Assembly (NCBI GenBank): GCA_040756015.1
Contig: JBFMAC010000001.1
Location: forward strand, 150,475-214,474
Direction: 5' to 3'
DNA length: 64,000 nucleotides
DNA from: Pseudomonadota bacterium
GTDB taxonomy: Bacteria; Pseudomonadota; Gammaproteobacteria; Burkholderiales; JBFMAC01
This document shows positions 35,560-44,640 of the stretch, in pieces. A program made the position numbers and the translations under genes. A model generated the notes under the pieces. That model saw only the letters and a list, made by a program, of their open reading frames with translations. It made no database searches and had not been told where the DNA came from. Every line of letters begins with the position of its first letter. The stretch's first letter is position 1.

Positions 35560-36619
35560 GGCGGATTCAAGTACGAAGCGCAACAAAGATGAACCCGGTG
35601 ACGGGTGGCTGAGGATGCCAAGGCATCATGGCCGCTCAAACCGCCAAGTCCAAGTTGCCCGATGTACAAGCACCTCAGCCGAGAAGAACGATACCAAATC
35701 CACAGTCTCTTGAAAGCCAATCACACCATCAGCGAGATTGCCCGCCTGCTGGGTCGAAGCCGCAGCACCATCAGCCGCGAATTGAACCGCGGTCGTGGTC
35801 AGCGCGGGTACCGCGCTGAGCAGGCGTGCCGCAAGGCAGCCCAACGAGCGCAGCGCAGCCGCAACGCCCGACGCGTGAGTGCTCAGGTCTGGGGCGATGT
35901 AGTGTTCTACCTTGGACTGCAATGGAGTCCTGAGCAGATTGCCCAGAAGGTTGCAGTCAGCCACGAGAGCGTGTACCTGCGTGTCTATGCGGACAAGGCC
36001 GCTGGTGGCAAGCTGCACCAGAACCTGCGCAGTCAAAAACCTCGGCGCAAACGCTATCTACACGGCCGCGACAGACGCGGGCAAATCCCCAACAGACGCC
36101 CGATCAGCGAGCGGCCAGGCCATATTGAAGAGCGCAAGCAGGTAGGCCACTGGGAGGGCGACACCGTCATTGGCGCAGCACACAAGCAGGCCATCGTGAC
36201 TTTGGTAGAGCGCAAGAGCGGCTATGCCGTTTTGGCCAAGGTCAGCAACAAGACCGCTGATCTGGTGGGCCAAGCCATTGAGGACAAACTGGGGCCCTTG
36301 GCTGCGCGGGTGAAGACGTTGACGGTGGACAACGGAAAGGAGTTTGCCAACCACCAGGCCATCGATCAGGCCTTGGGCATCCAGACCTACTTTGCCGATC
36401 CGTATTGCAGCTGGCAGCGCGGAAGCAACGAGAACTTCAATGGGCTGCTGCGCCAGTACATCCCAAAGAAGCGGCGCATGGAAACCGTGACGGATGAAGA
36501 GCTGGCTATGATCCAAAACAGATTGAATCACAGACCTCGAAAGCGGCTCGGATTCAAGACACCCCACGAGGTGTTTCACGCCTCGTTAAACCGTGTTGCA
36601 CCTCGTACTTGAATCCGCC
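35560..36619 (+). mobile_element. IS30-family insertion sequence
   Basis: The 26-bp terminal IRs are GGCGGATTCAAGTACGAAGCGCAACA and the complement of TGTTGCACCTCGTACTTGAATCCGCC (22/26 match). Flanked by AAT/AAT (3-bp TSD, if the IR starts at G35560). Confidence 0.85.
35662..36612 (+). CDS. IS30-family transposase
   Basis: MYKHLSREERYQIHSLLKANHTISEIARLLGRSRSTISRELNRG is the IS30 HTH. A DDE region follows. Confidence 0.9.
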   Translation: MYKHLSREERYQIHSLLKANHTISEIARLLGRSRSTISRELNRGRGQRGYRAEQACRKAAQRAQRSRNARRVSAQVWGDVVFYLGLQWSPEQIAQKVAVSHESVYLRVYADKAAGGKLHQNLRSQKPRRKRYLHGRDRRGQIPNRRPISERPGHIEERKQVGHWEGDTVIGAAHKQAIVTLVERKSGYAVLAKVSNKTADLVGQAIEDKLGPLAARVKTLTVDNGKEFANHQAIDQALGIQTYFADPYCSWQRGSNENFNGLLRQYIPKKRRMETVTDEELAMIQNRLNHRPRKRLGFKTPHEVFHASLNRVAPRT

Positions 36620-36633
36620 AATAGATATTTGTT

Positions 36634-37955
36634 CAGTAGTGTCCGGTTAAAAGTCGAAGAGAAACAACTGTCTGGGTGAATTGCCGGGGTTTTCGGAAGA
36701 TGCCGATGTCGTAAAGGCTTGCTGCAAGGGCATCTTCTCGAAGAGGGTGACCGAGAGAATCTGTAGCAACGTGTAGAGCGAGGCGTCCAGGTTCAAGCGC
36801 TTCCTGACGATGGCGACGAGGACATATACGGACACGGCGATCCAAATCTGCGACTTGACTGCGTTTTCCGAGGTGCCGAAGAAGCGTTTGATCCGAAGAT
36901 GCTGCTTGATCCACTTGAAAAACAGCTCGACCTGCCAGCGGCTCTTGTGGAGCGCGCAGATGGTCAGCGCAGGCAAGGTCATCTGATTGGTGAGGAAGAC
37001 CAGCGTCTTGCCGGATTCGGCGTCCTTGAAACGGATGCGGCGCAGATGCTCGGGATAATCCTGGCGGGTGTAGAAGCCGTCGAGCGCGATGGTCTGGTCG
37101 CAGATGACGCCGGTACTGCGATCCGTGCTCGCCGAATAGACCCGATGAGCATCCAGGTTCGACTTGGCGCGGGTGACGAAGAAACTGCCGGCCAGATGCA
37201 GGACATGCAAACGAGCGAAATCGACGTAGCCGCGATCCATGACGTAGATGGCTCCCGCCTCGGGAATCAGCAGATCGAGGGCATGAACGTCGTGGAGCTT
37301 GCCGTCGGAGACATGGATGAAGCTCGGAATGCTGCCGCGCAGATCGAGCAGCGTATGCATCTTGACGGCGGCCTTGGTCGAGCGGAAATGCGCCCACGGG
37401 AACACCGACAAGCACAGATCGATGGTCGTCGAGTCCAGCGCATAGACGGTATTCGACAACTCCAGACCGAGATCCTCGCCGGCATACAGCTTCCTTGCCT
37501 GATCGATCAAACGTTGGGCGAAGTCTGCATAGATGCGCCAGTCGCGGCCCTCGTTGGCATCGGCCAGCGTCGAACGCCGCACCGGTTCGCGCAATCCCAT
37601 GTGGTAGAGCTTGCCAGCTTGTGCTGTCAGGCAGGCTTCGATATCCCTCAAGCTCTCCCGGTAGGTCAGTTGTGCAAACGCCATGATGCGGAACTGCTCG
37701 GCACAGGGCAGGGTGCGCACGCCACGGTCGCCGCCATAGCGCTTCACGTACCGGGCAAACGTGCTCCAGGGCAGAAAGTCCATGAGCTGAGCGAACAGGG
37801 TCTTGCCGGTGTTCATGGCAATCTCCGGGGGAAAACCCGGAAGACTGCCCGAATTGGCATTCGCCGTTCAAATCGACATCACCCTTCATCGCTCGGAATC
37901 CCGCTTCAGTCATGGCATGCAGCGATTCAACCCTTCATTTAACCGGACAGCAGTG
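36634..37955 (-). mobile_element. IS4-family insertion sequence
   Basis: Imperfect terminal IRs with a ...TGTCCGGTTAAA core. Has a 9-10-bp direct repeat, (G)ATATTTGTT, at 36624-36633 and 37955-37964. Confidence 0.8.
36647..37816 (-). CDS. IS4-family DDE transposase (DUF4372-type N-terminus)
   Basis: 389 aa, reading MNTGKTLFAQLMDFLPWSTFARYVKRYGGD... Confidence 0.85.
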   Translation of the reverse strand: MNTGKTLFAQLMDFLPWSTFARYVKRYGGDRGVRTLPCAEQFRIMAFAQLTYRESLRDIEACLTAQAGKLYHMGLREPVRRSTLADANEGRDWRIYADFAQRLIDQARKLYAGEDLGLELSNTVYALDSTTIDLCLSVFPWAHFRSTKAAVKMHTLLDLRGSIPSFIHVSDGKLHDVHALDLLIPEAGAIYVMDRGYVDFARLHVLHLAGSFFVTRAKSNLDAHRVYSASTDRSTGVICDQTIALDGFYTRQDYPEHLRRIRFKDAESGKTLVFLTNQMTLPALTICALHKSRWQVELFFKWIKQHLRIKRFFGTSENAVKSQIWIAVSVYVLVAIVRKRLNLDASLYTLLQILSVTLFEKMPLQQAFTTSASSENPGNSPRQLFLFDF

Positions 37956-38019
37956 ATATTTGTTGCCAAATTAGGGCAACGCTTATTATCACATGCTACC
38001 CCAGCGCGATCCAGACAGT

Positions 38020-39099
38020 TCATAGGGCCAGACTCATTGCCCATGCCACACTAGCAGCCAGCGGTAAGGTCAAAACCCAGGACAGCAAGACATTGCGCAG
38101 TGCATGCCAATCCAGCTTGCGCGCGCTGGCCCCCACCCCGGCAATTGCGCCGACCGAAACGTGCGTGGTCGAAACTGGCAGCCCGAGCTTGCTGGCAAAC
38201 AGCACGAGTGAGGCGGTGATCAGGTTGGCGGCGAGTCCCGAGGTGTGATCCATCCGGGTGACGCGCTGGCTCATGGTTTGCGCCACCTTCCTCGCGAACA
38301 GCACGCCGCCCAAGGCCATGGCCAATGCAACCAAGACCACCGATCCTTGAGAAGCGCCAAGACCCTGCGCCAACAGCAGCAAGGCGACCAGCTTCGGTGT
38401 GTCGTTCACGCCGCGTGCAAGGCAAATGGCCATCGCCGACCCGACATGCAGGCGATCGAGATATTTGCTGATCGAAAGACGCACCGGCATCGCCGCGCGT
38501 TCACATTCGCTGGCCTGGTCGATAACGACGATGGGGAGCATGGCCGACACCTGTTGCGCAGAAGCCGTCGCAGGTAGCGCAACAGGCTCCAGCGCAACGC
38601 AGGCGCAATCCTTCTCGACCGGTCTCACTTTGAGCAGGCGATAGGCGACGACGCCCAGCGCGGCCGCGAGCAGGGGGCTGACCAGAAGCGGCAAAAGAAA
38701 GGTGTCGAACAGCTTGGCGAAATGCACACCCCCTGCCTGTGCCGCGCCAGCGCCGACCAGCCCGCCGATGAGCGCATGCGTCGTTGAAATGGGGAAGCCC
38801 AGTCGGGTTGCGAGGAAGACGGTCACTGCCGCGCCCATGGCCACGCTGGCGATAAAGGGCAGGCTCTGTGTCGCATCGCTGGCCACCAGTCCCTTGCCCG
38901 AGAACTGCTGCACCAAGCCATCTGCCAACAGCCACGACAAGAGGCTGCCCACAATGGTCGCGATGGTCGCCAAGATCAGCGCCTGGCGGTATTCGAGCGT
39001 GCCAGACCCCCACACGGTGGCGAAGCCCTTGAAGTTGTCGTTAGCGCCGTTGGCGAAGGCGAGAAAGGTCGCCGCGATAATCAGTAGCCATTCCATCAT
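38020..39099 (-). CDS. PiT-family inorganic phosphate (possibly arsenate) transporter
   Basis: 359 aa with the GANDNFKGFATVWG signature. Last gene of the ars/rSAM operon (ATGA overlap with arsC). Confidence 0.85.
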   Translation of the reverse strand: MMEWLLIIAATFLAFANGANDNFKGFATVWGSGTLEYRQALILATIATIVGSLLSWLLADGLVQQFSGKGLVASDATQSLPFIASVAMGAAVTVFLATRLGFPISTTHALIGGLVGAGAAQAGGVHFAKLFDTFLLPLLVSPLLAAALGVVAYRLLKVRPVEKDCACVALEPVALPATASAQQVSAMLPIVVIDQASECERAAMPVRLSISKYLDRLHVGSAMAICLARGVNDTPKLVALLLLAQGLGASQGSVVLVALAMALGGVLFARKVAQTMSQRVTRMDHTSGLAANLITASLVLFASKLGLPVSTTHVSVGAIAGVGASARKLDWHALRNVLLSWVLTLPLAASVAWAMSLAL

Positions 39100-39644
39100 T
39101 GTTCTCCTCTATTCGATACCGCCTGCAAAGCCTCCGCGACCAGATATTTGCTCAGGCGCTCAAACGGCAATTCCATCAGGAAGGCAATGCGTGTGCGCAT
39201 CTCGGAGAACGTCGCGGCGAATGCGGCGCGGATCTCATCCACACTCCCCAACGCGGCGGCCGGATCGGCAAACTCCCAATGCACCCGCAGCGCATCACCG
39301 GGGAACACCGGACAAGGTTCTTGCGTGGCGTTCGCGCAGACGGTTAAAACGATATCGACTGGCTCGTCCGAATGCGTTTTGGCAAACTTTTCCCAGCTCT
39401 TGCTGCGATAGACCGAACCCTCGTCATTCAAGTGTGTGCGGATCTGGTCAATGGCAAACGGATTGACTTGACCAACGGGGTGACTTCCGGCGCTGACCGC
39501 CCGAATCCATGGCTTGCCCAGATGATTGAACAGCGCCTCGGCCATGATGCTGCGCGCCGAGTTGCCGGTGCAGAGCACCAGAATGGTTAAAGAACTGACC
39601 GGCGTTGAAACTACCGTTTGTCTGGCGTGTTCGTTCAGCAACAT
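39096..39644 (-). CDS. arsC: arsenate reductase, LMW-PTPase type
   Basis: Has the CTGNSARS P-loop. Confidence 0.85.
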   Translation of the reverse strand: MLLNEHARQTVVSTPVSSLTILVLCTGNSARSIMAEALFNHLGKPWIRAVSAGSHPVGQVNPFAIDQIRTHLNDEGSVYRSKSWEKFAKTHSDEPVDIVLTVCANATQEPCPVFPGDALRVHWEFADPAAALGSVDEIRAAFAATFSEMRTRIAFLMELPFERLSKYLVAEALQAVSNRGEQ

Positions 39645-40678
39645 GCGCCACCTCCCGATGTGCCATTGGCCGCCTCATCGAAAGGCAGGCTGCTGCCACA
39701 GCCCTCGAACAGGCCAAAGTGCCGATCAAAATCGCCAATAAATTCGAAATGTGGGGCGAAGCGGGTTTCGTTCAACATGCGCCAGGTGTTGCCGCAGACC
39801 GGGAATACTTTTCCGGTCGCGATGTCGTGATGCTTGTCCAGTACAAAACGATGCGGATGCTCAGCGATCGTGCCACGATAAATCACGGCCTGGCCGTAGT
39901 CCTCACAAGCACTTTCCAACGCGTCGAGCTTGAACAGGCGATAGGTCGCCGAATAGAAGCGCAGGTTGCCGACCCGCTCGGCCAGACTGGGGTCGGTGAT
40001 CGCCAGCGGCCGGTCTTCGACCAGGCGCGGATCGGCAAAACCCGTATCTTTGGCCAAGCGCAGAAAGTCGTTCCAGTACAGTGCGCCGCCAAGGCACTCG
40101 CCATACAACACCGGGTCGTTGCGCACCGACTCGGGCACCCGGCGATCCGCATACACATCCGAAAAATAGAGCTCGCCACCCGGCTTGAGCAGACGCTGCA
40201 CACCCCGCAGCACCGCTGCTTTGTCGGGCGAGAGATTCACCACGCAGTTGGAGACGATGACATCGAAGCTGCCCGGCTCCAGATCGAGCTCGTCGAGACG
40301 CTCGATATACCCTTTGAGGAAGCGCACGTTGTCGAAGCCAAAGCCTTGCGCGTGAAACGCATGATGGGTTCGCGCGACGGCGAGCTGCTCGTCGGTCATA
40401 TCGACGCCGACGACCTGACCTTCCGACCCAGCCAGTTGCGCCAGCGCATACACATCGCGCCCGGAGCCGCAGCCCAGATCCAGCACGCGGCAGCCCGCCA
40501 ACTGTTGCGGGCTCACGAGTCCGCAGCCGTAATAGCGCGAAAGCACCTCGGGATGAATGCGCGAAAGCAGCGGCTTGAGCCAGTCCGGCATTTGGCTGGC
40601 GTCGCAACACGCGCTGGTTTTGAGGTCTTGCGAGCTTTGCAGCTGCTTTCCGTAATAGTCTTGAACGACGGCATGCAT
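39635..40678 (-). CDS. arsM: arsenite S-adenosylmethionine methyltransferase
   Basis: 347 aa from ATG 40676-40678. SAM motif VLDLGCGSGRD, conserved Cys pairs (ACCD, CGNT) and a C-terminal ...GGGACC. Confidence 0.85.
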   Translation of the reverse strand: MHAVVQDYYGKQLQSSQDLKTSACCDASQMPDWLKPLLSRIHPEVLSRYYGCGLVSPQQLAGCRVLDLGCGSGRDVYALAQLAGSEGQVVGVDMTDEQLAVARTHHAFHAQGFGFDNVRFLKGYIERLDELDLEPGSFDVIVSNCVVNLSPDKAAVLRGVQRLLKPGGELYFSDVYADRRVPESVRNDPVLYGECLGGALYWNDFLRLAKDTGFADPRLVEDRPLAITDPSLAERVGNLRFYSATYRLFKLDALESACEDYGQAVIYRGTIAEHPHRFVLDKHHDIATGKVFPVCGNTWRMLNETRFAPHFEFIGDFDRHFGLFEGCGSSLPFDEAANGTSGGGACC

Positions 40679-40739
40679 GGCGAACGGTCTCCAGATAAAG
40701 AATGGGCTTATCCCTGAGTCGGTTCGCCAGCGCGATTTC

Positions 40740-41183
40740 TTACACTTGAATACCCGGCACCCCACGCTCGCCCTTGAGCCAGCGCCAACTGTCCAAGGCG
40801 TCGAAGATGAGGCTGATGCCGTTCACCACCAGCACCAACCCAACATAGGCCGCTTCAAGCTCTGCCATGCCCCCGGACGCCTGGCGCATATGCCAAAGCA
40901 AAAGGATTTCCAGCGCCCCCCAGATGAACAGATGGGGCACGGCCATCAGCCGGGTCATACCATGCGCCCACAGCATGATCGGAAGGTTGCTCACCACCAC
41001 AAGTAGCGCCGCGACGGCAGTGGCGCGGCCAGACCAAGTGTCCAGCAGGGCAAATGAAGCGGCGTTGACTGGCAGCAGAATCCCACCAACCCAGATCTGA
41101 ACCCAAACCGGCAAAGCACGAAACGAGTGCCAGCTACAGCGCCAGCGTGATGCCGGTGGAGAAGGCAATGCCTTTTCGTTCAT
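40740..41183 (-). CDS. small integral membrane protein
   Basis: About 147 aa with 4 TM helices. Start coupled to the upstream stop (ATGA at 41180-83). Confidence 0.6.
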   Translation of the reverse strand: MNEKALPSPPASRWRCSWHSFRALPVWVQIWVGGILLPVNAASFALLDTWSGRATAVAALLVVVSNLPIMLWAHGMTRLMAVPHLFIWGALEILLLWHMRQASGGMAELEAAYVGLVLVVNGISLIFDALDSWRWLKGERGVPGIQV

Positions 41184-41770
41184 GCGTGTTTCCCCGCCTG
41201 CCAACCGTTTGCCGACAACAGATCAGTGGCATGCGCCACAGCCGCTGGCTCCAAGGTCGTGCCCATGGCATCGTTCCAGCGGTTGAGGAATCCGAACAAA
41301 CTGATGACGGCCAACAACTCGACGACTTCGCCGTCATCCCAGTGCTGCCGCAGAGTTTCGGCAATACGCTCGTCCACGGCGCATGGCACACTGGCGGCGG
41401 CCAGCGCGAACTCCAGAGCCGCTTTCTCGGCGGCGTCGAACAACTCGCTTTCGCGGAAACGCCACAACGCTTCCAGCCGTTCGCGGCTGGCTCCGTAGCG
41501 GCTGGCCGCCAGCGCCGTGTGCGCCTGACAATAGCGACAGCCCTGCGCGCTGCTCGCGATCAGCGCGACCAGCCGCTTGAGCTCACTGCCGACGCGGCCA
41601 TGATTGGTCATGACCGCCCGGTTGAGCGCGATGAAGGCCTGGGCAATGGCTGGCCGGCGTTGCATCGTCAGCACGCTGTTCGGCGTGAAACCCAGCGTTT
41701 CCTGATACAGCTCGGCCAGTGCGGCGACTTCCGGGTCGTGGTTGACAGGCAGCGGTGGAACAAGTGGCAT
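41180..41770 (-). CDS. AhpD-like / carboxymuconolactone decarboxylase-family protein
   Basis: 196 aa with a CxxC (GCRYCQAH) in an AhpD-type context. Confidence 0.75.
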   Translation of the reverse strand: MPLVPPLPVNHDPEVAALAELYQETLGFTPNSVLTMQRRPAIAQAFIALNRAVMTNHGRVGSELKRLVALIASSAQGCRYCQAHTALAASRYGASRERLEALWRFRESELFDAAEKAALEFALAAASVPCAVDERIAETLRQHWDDGEVVELLAVISLFGFLNRWNDAMGTTLEPAAVAHATDLLSANGWQAGKHA

Positions 41771-41771
41771 C

Positions 41772-42524
41772 TCAGGGCTCCGTTGTGGTGTGCAGTGCAG
41801 GAAATCGGCACGGGTCATCGCGGCCGACAAAATGAAAATCAGCGAAGCCCGCGTGCGCGGCTTCACCGGTGTTGTCGGTATCGCTGGCCACCGCAAGCTG
41901 CGCGGTCGTGAGCTGATCGGTGCTGAATAGCCGACTGGCGTCGACCAGTACGTTGCGGCGCTCTTCGACCCATCGTTGGGCGCGGGCAGCCCCCGATTCG
42001 AGCACCACCATTCGGGTCAGATCGGTGTAGGCATTGGGCGCCTCGAAGCCGATGGAATGCGTGTTGTCCCAGACGTAGTTGACGGCGGCATCGGGTACCT
42101 GATTGCCGTATAACCCGCGCGCCACACCTAACTTGATCCGTTGCCCAAGCGTCAGCGCCGCCGTATCCATCGAAAAGGCGATGTAGACCCGGGCCGCGAA
42201 GTCGTCGCCCGATTTCTTTGTCAGGTCGGCGGTGCGCAGCGGCGCATCGATACGCCAGCGCCAGCACAGCACCGGCGTTTTGGTCAGGTCTACGCGCAGC
42301 GGGCGCGCCAGCATCGCCATGCTGGCCTGGGCTGTCGCTTCGATGGCGGTTACACCGTCCCAGTCACGCAATAGGTAGCGTGTCGGGGGCACTTTTTCCG
42401 AGGGCCTGACGATTTGCCAAGGAGCAGGGATCTCCGTCATCCCGGCAGCAAACCGACCGACGTCAAGCGCCTGTCCGCTGACCGTTGCCGAGCACAGCAA
42501 GACTAGAATGGGCGTGCGCTTCAC
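41772..42524 (-). CDS. DUF3047-family protein
   Basis: 250 aa from a GTG (GTGA overlap with the upstream stop). Signal peptide, then WDGVTAIEA...DDFAARVY. Confidence 0.65.
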   Translation of the reverse strand: MKRTPILVLLCSATVSGQALDVGRFAAGMTEIPAPWQIVRPSEKVPPTRYLLRDWDGVTAIEATAQASMAMLARPLRVDLTKTPVLCWRWRIDAPLRTADLTKKSGDDFAARVYIAFSMDTAALTLGQRIKLGVARGLYGNQVPDAAVNYVWDNTHSIGFEAPNAYTDLTRMVVLESGAARAQRWVEERRNVLVDASRLFSTDQLTTAQLAVASDTDNTGEAAHAGFADFHFVGRDDPCRFPALHTTTEP

Positions 42525-43138
42525 GACGCCAGCCAGCCCGGCGGCAAGGCCACCAAATCGGCAGGTTCGTCGATGTCGCGCAACATCGGTAGCTGCGCCA
42601 CCGTCCATCCCAAAGCACCGATCTGGCACAGCGTCTCAAACGCGACCGTGTCGGTGCTCCACGATATCCCTTGGAATACGCGAGGGCGATATTGCGTTAG
42701 ACCAAGCAATACGTAGCCGCCGTCCGTGCTGGGAATGATCACTGCGTCGTGTGACTGGAGTCGCACAGCGGCTTCCCGCAGTTGATCACGGGTTAGCCCA
42801 GGGCAGTCCGTGCCGATCAATAGAACAGCGTCCCGTTCGGCAAGACCACGCCGGGTAGCCCTTGCCAGTCGCGCTCCCAAATCGCCGTCCCCCTGGGGTT
42901 GCCATTCCACTGTCCAGGCGGGATCACGCCAGGCTTGCCATTCGGGTGCATTCGGCGCTGGCGTCACGCATAACTCCACCTCACCCACCTCGGCCGCCAA
43001 GGCCTCCGTGACGGTATGGCGCAGCATGCGCGCGGCCAGCTGAGCCGTGCCTTCCTCACCCAACGCCGGAATAAGGCGGGTCTTGGCGAGACCCGCCAAT
43101 GGGGCCTTGGCGAAGATCACGATCCGGATGGAACTCAT
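42521..43138 (-). CDS. DUF2064/TIGR04282-like transferase (rSAM-associated 'transferase 1')
   Basis: 205 aa, reading IVIFAKAPLAGLAKTRL...LIGTDCPG. Confidence 0.7.
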   Translation of the reverse strand: MSSIRIVIFAKAPLAGLAKTRLIPALGEEGTAQLAARMLRHTVTEALAAEVGEVELCVTPAPNAPEWQAWRDPAWTVEWQPQGDGDLGARLARATRRGLAERDAVLLIGTDCPGLTRDQLREAAVRLQSHDAVIIPSTDGGYVLLGLTQYRPRVFQGISWSTDTVAFETLCQIGALGWTVAQLPMLRDIDEPADLVALPPGWLAS

Positions 43139-43803
43139 CGGTAAGCCCTCGCAATGTCCTCCACCGGCGTACCCAGCCAGTAACGCCAACGCAACCACCA
43201 CATGAGCGCGATGGTGCGCCACACGCCGCGCTGCTCCCAGCGACGGCCCGAGGTGACGACTTGCAGCGCCAAACAGGCGGGCTTCCCTCCGGTTTTGAGT
43301 GCTCGGCAGATGTCGATGTCTTCCATCAGCGGTTGATCCGCAAATCCGCCGACTGCTTCAAACGCCTCACGCGTCATGAAAAGACCCTGATCGCCGGTGG
43401 CGATCCCGGAGAGGCGTGAACGCCAATTCATCAGGGCCGAGACCATGCGCAAAGCCATCGGTTTCCCGGCGATGCGCACATCGAAGCGTCCCCACTGATG
43501 GCTGCGCAGCGCCTGTGCGATGGCGATCATGGCCCCCGGCGGCAGCCGCGTGTCGGCATGCAAAAAAAGTAGGACGTCGCCGCTGCTCGCCGCCGCGCCC
43601 GCATTCATTTGGCGTGCCCGACCCGCTGCGCTCGTCAGAACACGAAACCCGGCTGCGCGTGCAATGGCTTCTGATCCATCCTGACTGCCGCCATCAACAA
43701 AAATGATTTCCACACCTGATCGGGCGAGTAGCACCAAGTGCTCGCACAAATCGGGCAGGCCTGTCGACTCATTGAGCATGGGGACTACGATGCTGAACTT
43801 CAT
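43135..43803 (-). CDS. family-2 glycosyltransferase, TIGR04283-like (rSAM-associated 'transferase 2')
   Basis: 222 aa, reading MKFSIVVPMLNE...FVDGGSQDGS...LFLHADT. Confidence 0.75.
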   Translation of the reverse strand: MKFSIVVPMLNESTGLPDLCEHLVLLARSGVEIIFVDGGSQDGSEAIARAAGFRVLTSAAGRARQMNAGAAASSGDVLLFLHADTRLPPGAMIAIAQALRSHQWGRFDVRIAGKPMALRMVSALMNWRSRLSGIATGDQGLFMTREAFEAVGGFADQPLMEDIDICRALKTGGKPACLALQVVTSGRRWEQRGVWRTIALMWWLRWRYWLGTPVEDIARAYR

Positions 43804-43805
43804 GC

Positions 43806-44636
43806 TTACCTCCGGCCGTCATTGAGACGCCAGTCGTAATCGCCAAAGCGGATCGCCAGCCTTCCACCGCGCAGATCGTTCGCTTGCCCGGCGTTCAGTC
43901 CGGCCACACCGGCATAACGCGCCAGAAAATCCGGCAACGCCTTATCGCCACGGAAGCCTTGCTCGAAATCCTCGCGGTACCACTTGAAGATGGGGGAAAC
44001 CTCCAGCGCATCGTCCGCGATCCGGTTTCGCGTCCGGTCGCCCAAGAAGCGCTTGGTCTGGTCTTCGAGTTGCTCGTCAAGTTTTTCCGCGCCATAGGCG
44101 TCGGGTCGTAGCGCCGGACAGCCGATGCTGGCGCAATTGACCGCAAAATGGATACGCGGATCACGATAGCGCCCCGACCCGCGAATCAATCCGTGTTCAA
44201 TGTCATCCAGCGAACGGGTTTGCCCGAGCAGGGACACAAACGGCTTCTTCCAGGGGGACTGGATGAAGGAACCCAGATCCTTGATGGACTTCAAATCCGG
44301 GTATCGGGTCAGAATCAACTGCACCGTGAAGGCGTTGTAGGCATTGATCAGAAACGCCAACTGTGCCTCCCGCGACCAACCATCGAAGCTCTGGCGCGAT
44401 ACGGCTGACAGGGTTGTCAAATAGCTCTGCAACTTATCCCTGTCGGTCGCCATACCCTGATAGTTCACGGTGCTCGCATGGCCGTCGCCAGTCCAGCGCA
44501 CATGTCGCTGAAGCAGATGGTTCCATGCGCCGTGATCGAAGCCCTGTGGCGTTTGGGCGTAGGCCGTCGCCGCCCCCAAGGAGAACGTAATGGCGACGGC
44601 CAGTCTGCGCAGCCAAACTTTCATCGTTGAAACCAT
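43806..44636 (-). CDS. DUF547-family protein
   Basis: 276 aa with a signal peptide. AFLINAYNAFTV...HFAVNCASIGCP is typical of DUF547. Confidence 0.75.
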   Translation of the reverse strand: MVSTMKVWLRRLAVAITFSLGAATAYAQTPQGFDHGAWNHLLQRHVRWTGDGHASTVNYQGMATDRDKLQSYLTTLSAVSRQSFDGWSREAQLAFLINAYNAFTVQLILTRYPDLKSIKDLGSFIQSPWKKPFVSLLGQTRSLDDIEHGLIRGSGRYRDPRIHFAVNCASIGCPALRPDAYGAEKLDEQLEDQTKRFLGDRTRNRIADDALEVSPIFKWYREDFEQGFRGDKALPDFLARYAGVAGLNAGQANDLRGGRLAIRFGDYDWRLNDGRR

Positions 44637-44640
44637 AGTC

